Shown here one piece after another: positions 30,588-33,933 of a DNA stretch of 33,933 nt. The stretch is from an uncultured Nitrospiraceae bacterium. Its GTDB lineage: Bacteria; Nitrospirota; Thermodesulfovibrionia; Thermodesulfovibrionales; UBA1546. The notes under the pieces are model-generated. The model was not told the origin of the DNA, did not search any database, and was given only the letters and a program-made list of their open reading frames with translations. Positions within the stretch are counted from its first letter, which is position 1. Each line of letters starts with the position of its first letter. Location of the stretch: the NCBI GenBank assembly GCA_964532335.1, contig CAZHHV010000001.1, positions 3,327 to 37,259 on the forward strand, read 5' to 3'. Both the position numbers and the translations under genes were made by a program.

Positions 30588-33042
30588 GCTTACAATCAAT
30601 GACAAAAAAATAACTGCAGAGGAAGGCTCCACAATCCTCCAAACCGCAACAAAAAATGGTATTAAGATACCAAATCTATGCTTTGACAAAAGACTCAGGC
30701 CTTATGGCGGATGCAGGCTTTGTGTTGTTGAGGTAGAGAAACAGCCGAGGCTTTTTGCTGCATGCTCAACCCCTGTTGCTCCTGGAATGGTTGTTAAAAC
30801 CGATACTCCTAAACTCAGAAAAGCCCGCCAGACAGTGCTCGAACTTCTTCTTGTGCATCATCCGCTGGACTGCCCAATATGCGATAAGGCAGGCGAATGC
30901 GACCTTCAGGACCTCGCATATGAATTTGGCAAACCTGAAGGACGTTTCATAAGACACAGAAAAGAAACCCCGCCTGATGTCAGAGGACCACTAATAGAGC
31001 TTACTTCAAACAGATGCATTCTATGTGGCAAATGTGTACGAATCTGTAGTGAATATCAAGGAAGAGGGGCATTGGGACTGATAGGAAGGGGATTTCCTAC
31101 TGTTGTTCAGCCCGCATTCGGTGAAATCCTTGAATGCGACTACTGCGGCCAGTGTATTGATATATGCCCGACAGGCGCGCTTTTGAGTAAGCCGTTCAAG
31201 TTTCAGGCACGTGCATGGTTTCTCGATGAAAAAGACACAATCTGTCCTTTCTGCGGATGCGGCTGCACTCTTACTTTGGGTATAAGAGAAGGGAAGATAT
31301 TAAGATCAAGAGGCCAGGAAGACAATGGAAGGAGCGAAGGCAACCTGTGCGGCAGGGGCAGGTTTGGATTTGATTACATATACAATGAGAGCCGTCTTAA
31401 AACGCCTTTGATAAGAAAAGAAGGTTCACTGGTTCCTGCAACATGGGATGAGGCATTATCATATATAAGCGATAGCCTGAATTTTATTATCAATTCTTAC
31501 GGAAAAACATCAGTAGGCGCTCTCGGCTCTCACAGATGTACGAATGAAGACAACTTTATGCTGAAAAAGTTCATGATGAACGTTGTTGGTTCAAACAACT
31601 TTGACTCTGCTGCCGCATTCGGATATTCAAAGGTTCAGCAGGCTCTCGATAAGGCATTCGGATTAAAGACCCATCCGATTAACCTGAAATCACCATTGGG
31701 CAAGGAAGTTATTCTGATAATTGAATCGGATATCAGCATTACACATCCTGTATTCGGACTTAATATCCTTCAGGCAAAAAGAGAAGGCTCAAGGCTTATT
31801 GTCGCTGATTCAAGGGAGACAAAACTCACAAGGCATAGTACGACTCAACTAAAAATGAGACAGGGCGCTTCTGTTGCGCTGCTCAATGGAATAATGAAGA
31901 TAATAATAGATAAGGGTCTTTTCAACAGGGAGATAGTTTCCAAGACCCCGGGGTTTTCAGAATTCGAAAAGGGCCTTAATGATTACATCTCTGAAGATGT
32001 CTCAAGGATTACAGGGATTTCCGTAGAGGAACTCGTATCTGCTGCAGAGACTATTGCAAGGGCTAAAAGCAGAATGATCTCATTCACAATCAATTCGACA
32101 GAGAACACAAAAGGAGCAGATCTGGTTTTTGCAGCTTCGAATCTTGTAATCCTCTTAGGCGATGAGACAGATACATTGCAGATCCCTGCTGAATATGCAA
32201 ACACATTTGGAGCTTACAAAATGGGAATAAGGCCGGATGCAGATGGAAAGAATCTATTTGATATGCTTTATGAATCGGGCTCACTCCATGCCCTTTATAT
32301 AATGGGCGAGGATCCTGTTTCAGCATTTCCTTACAATTCAAAGATTATAAGGACACTTAAATCGCTCGAACTGCTTGTTGTTCAGGATATTGCCCTGACA
32401 GAGACAGCCAAGCTTGCGCATGTTGTGCTTCCTGCATCAAGCTGGGCAGAGAAAGACGGCACATTCATTAATGCCGAGGGGGTTGCGCAGACATTGAAAA
32501 AGGCAATAGACGCCCCCGGCCAATCACTGCCAGACTGGCAGATCCTGAGAAATCTCTCGTTATCAATGGGGACTGATATTGGGATAAGGAGTATAGAAGA
32601 CATCTCAAGGGAGATAAACTCGTCAATCGTCAATCGTCAATCGTCAATCGTCAATCGTCAATCGTTTAATCCTGTGTTATATACACGCGGAGAAGAGCCT
32701 GATACAGAATATCCATTGTCACTTGTCACAAGAGATATCCTTCAGCATTCAGGAACGATGACAACACGCTCAAAGGCGCTTGACCTTGTTGTTCCCGAAC
32801 CTTTTCTTGAGATTAATGATGAGGATGCCAAAAAATTCGGCATATCTGACAACAGCCATGTTAAGGTTTCATCAAGGAGAGGCACAGTATATCTGAAGGC
32901 AAAGGTTTCTGATGTTATACCTTCTGGAACTGTTTTCACTTCAGTTCATTTTCCTCACGGCCGTGTTAATGCGCTCACAAATCTCTCAGAAAATGGCACA
33001 GCAACCCCAGACGCTGTAAGAGTAGAAAGGGTTATAATATAA
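30580..33042 (+). CDS. NuoG-like / formate-dehydrogenase-alpha-like Fe-S molybdopterin-fold subunit lacking the catalytic Cys/Sec-His
   Basis: It has an N-terminal [2Fe-2S] region (CRLCVVEV), HPLDCPICDKAGEC, 2x[4Fe-4S] motifs, and the motif CPFCGCGCTL...LCGRGRFG. NNFDSAAAFGYS occupies the position of NNvD.CARvUH in FDH. The SD is AGGAGG and the start overlaps the upstream stop. Confidence 0.85.
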   Translation: MIELTINDKKITAEEGSTILQTATKNGIKIPNLCFDKRLRPYGGCRLCVVEVEKQPRLFAACSTPVAPGMVVKTDTPKLRKARQTVLELLLVHHPLDCPICDKAGECDLQDLAYEFGKPEGRFIRHRKETPPDVRGPLIELTSNRCILCGKCVRICSEYQGRGALGLIGRGFPTVVQPAFGEILECDYCGQCIDICPTGALLSKPFKFQARAWFLDEKDTICPFCGCGCTLTLGIREGKILRSRGQEDNGRSEGNLCGRGRFGFDYIYNESRLKTPLIRKEGSLVPATWDEALSYISDSLNFIINSYGKTSVGALGSHRCTNEDNFMLKKFMMNVVGSNNFDSAAAFGYSKVQQALDKAFGLKTHPINLKSPLGKEVILIIESDISITHPVFGLNILQAKREGSRLIVADSRETKLTRHSTTQLKMRQGASVALLNGIMKIIIDKGLFNREIVSKTPGFSEFEKGLNDYISEDVSRITGISVEELVSAAETIARAKSRMISFTINSTENTKGADLVFAASNLVILLGDETDTLQIPAEYANTFGAYKMGIRPDADGKNLFDMLYESGSLHALYIMGEDPVSAFPYNSKIIRTLKSLELLVVQDIALTETAKLAHVVLPASSWAEKDGTFINAEGVAQTLKKAIDAPGQSLPDWQILRNLSLSMGTDIGIRSIEDISREINSSIVNRQSSIVNRQSFNPVLYTRGEEPDTEYPLSLVTRDILQHSGTMTTRSKALDLVVPEPFLEINDEDAKKFGISDNSHVKVSSRRGTVYLKAKVSDVIPSGTVFTSVHFPHGRVNALTNLSENGTATPDAVRVERVII
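32621..32665 (+). repeat. Perfect heptanucleotide tandem repeat (CGTCAAT)x6 plus CGT inside the NuoG-like gene
   Basis: Read directly from the sequence: six exact 7 nt units followed by cgt. It translates as SSIVNRQSSIVNRQS, a 7 aa periodicity arising from 21 nt. Confidence 0.95.
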
Positions 33043-33062
33043 CCGTTTAAAAATTTTTAAGC

Positions 33063-33401
33063 ATGACATTAAACGAAATCAAAAGAATACTCAACGCAGT
33101 GGCGCTCTCAAAGATAGAAGATATGAATCTCAATATTGTAAGGGCTTACTGTGCCGATCTCATGAGTGATGTGCTTGCATTTTCTATAACAAATTCCCTT
33201 TTGATAACACATTTAACAAATACACAGGTAATTCGCACTGCTGAGATTGCGGATGTCAAAACAATAGTATTTGTTCAGAGTAAAAGGCCTGATATAGAAA
33301 CAATCGCATTAGCAGACACAAAGAATATCCCTCTGCTTGTAACCGATCTTTCGATGCATGAGACATGCGGGAAACTTTACGAGAAAGGACTAAGGAGTTA
33401 G
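33063..33401 (+). CDS. DRTGG-domain small regulatory protein
   Basis: It is 112 aa. DLMSDVLAF...LLITHLTNTQVIRTAEIADVKTIVFVQSKRP...NIPLLVTDLSMHETCGKLY resembles the DRTGG domain as found in HydABC-type gene clusters (from memory). Confidence 0.65.
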   Translation: MTLNEIKRILNAVALSKIEDMNLNIVRAYCADLMSDVLAFSITNSLLITHLTNTQVIRTAEIADVKTIVFVQSKRPDIETIALADTKNIPLLVTDLSMHETCGKLYEKGLRS

Positions 33402-33415
33402 CTTAATACTAAAAA

Positions 33416-33892
33416 ATGAGTAACAAGGTCATTGAAGGAGTTTTTTTTCTTACGGGCAAGGATTTCTCTAATGCGGGCGCTGCCTCAAGCAATTTGAAGG
33501 GAATATTAGAAGGCATGAGTGTTCAGCCAGATATTATAAGAAGGGCTGCTATAGCAGCATTTGAGGCAGAGATGAACACGATTATATACTCTGTGGCAGG
33601 AATGATGAATTATTGCATAACTCCTGAAATAATACGAGTTGTCCTTAAGGATGTCGGTCAGGGCATCGAAAATATTGAACTTGCCATGAAAGAGGGATAT
33701 TCGACAGCCCCGGACTACATAAGAGAAATGGGGTTTGGCTCAGGTATGGGCCTTCCGAATATCAAAAGGAATGCGGATGAGATGAACATCAATTCCACGG
33801 TCGGTGAAGGCACAACGCTTGAATTTATTATATACCTGAACAAGAAAGAAGAATTAAAAGGAGCGCGCTATGAAACTGCAGGAAATTGTTAA
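33416..33892 (+). CDS. Small HATPase_c protein (RsbW/SpoIIAB-like anti-sigma kinase / histidine-kinase-like ATPase)
   Basis: N-box-like EAEMN, a G1-like DVGQGI and a G2-like GFGSGMGLPNIKRNAD...GTTLEF are present. There is no DHp or H-box. Confidence 0.7.
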   Translation: MSNKVIEGVFFLTGKDFSNAGAASSNLKGILEGMSVQPDIIRRAAIAAFEAEMNTIIYSVAGMMNYCITPEIIRVVLKDVGQGIENIELAMKEGYSTAPDYIREMGFGSGMGLPNIKRNADEMNINSTVGEGTTLEFIIYLNKKEELKGARYETAGNC

Positions 33893-33933
33893 TAGACTTT
33901 CCCTTGATGTAAAAACGCCTTCTCTGGATCTAA
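33870..33933 (+). CDS. 5' end of a further ORF (possibly another DRTGG/CBS-type regulator), truncated by the window edge
   Basis: An ATG at 33870 overlaps the end of the HATPase gene. Only 21 codons of translation (MKLQEIVNRLSLDVKTPSLDL) are visible. Confidence 0.3.
   Translation, partial: MKLQEIVNRLSLDVKTPSLDL

Noticed and set aside
30580-33042. The gene could be annotated as a formate dehydrogenase alpha subunit.
   Set aside because: The Cys/Sec-His catalytic dipeptide position reads FGYS, and the region resembles the non-catalytic NuoG in the same window. I therefore call it NuoG-like, pending proper alignment.
26120-33042. The NuoE / HndB / NuoF / large Fe-S subunit order suggests an electron-bifurcating [FeFe]-hydrogenase (HydABC/Hnd) operon.
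   Set aside because: No ORF contains an H-cluster domain. The large subunit has a molybdopterin-fold C-terminus rather than HydA-type motifs, and no hydEFG maturases are present in the window.
1-33933. I looked for prophage, integrative-element, defence-island or transposase content.
   Set aside because: I recognised no integrase, transposase, recombinase, tRNA, restriction-modification, toxin, Cas or phage structural genes. The only mobile-looking DNA is the set of small non-autonomous repeat families.

Overview
This is a roughly 43% GC bacterial window, probably from an uncultivated anaerobe; I cannot place the taxon from sequence alone. It divides into three parts.

(1) 1-5020 holds housekeeping and accessory genes. 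These are the tail of an amino-acid ABC permease and its ATPase, a stand-alone GspE/PilB-type secretion ATPase with an MshEN-like N-terminus, a DUF2784 membrane protein, an ADP-forming acyl-CoA synthetase-like alpha protein, and an orphan AbrB/SpoVT-type antitoxin-like gene.

(2) 5024-20603, minus strand, is a complete 14-gene complex I operon, nuoABCDEFGHIJKLMN. Its gene content is ordinary but its architecture is not. Eleven of the 13 gene junctions are filled with structured repeats. These are either GTCATTCC...GGAATGAC double-hairpin elements or two-armed hairpins built from 6-8 nt tandem repeats. One such repeat sits in frame inside nuoG.

(3) 20753-33933, plus strand and divergent from nuo, is the most interesting part. 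It starts with a membrane histidine kinase whose periplasmic loop carries CXXCH and CX4CH haem motifs and whose reading frame is interrupted by one in-frame TGA. Three paralogous receiver proteins follow, and none has a DNA-binding output: a CheY-like protein, a REC fused to a GcvH-like domain, and a REC fused to a NuoE-like [2Fe-2S] subunit. They are interleaved with NfnAB and a second soluble NuoE / HndB / NuoF-GltD-fusion / NuoG-like module, followed by DRTGG and HATPase_c regulators.

I read this third part as a candidate phosphorylation-gated NAD(P)H/ferredoxin oxidoreductase system, possibly electron-bifurcating. All homology calls are by eye from the translated ORFs; no searches were run.
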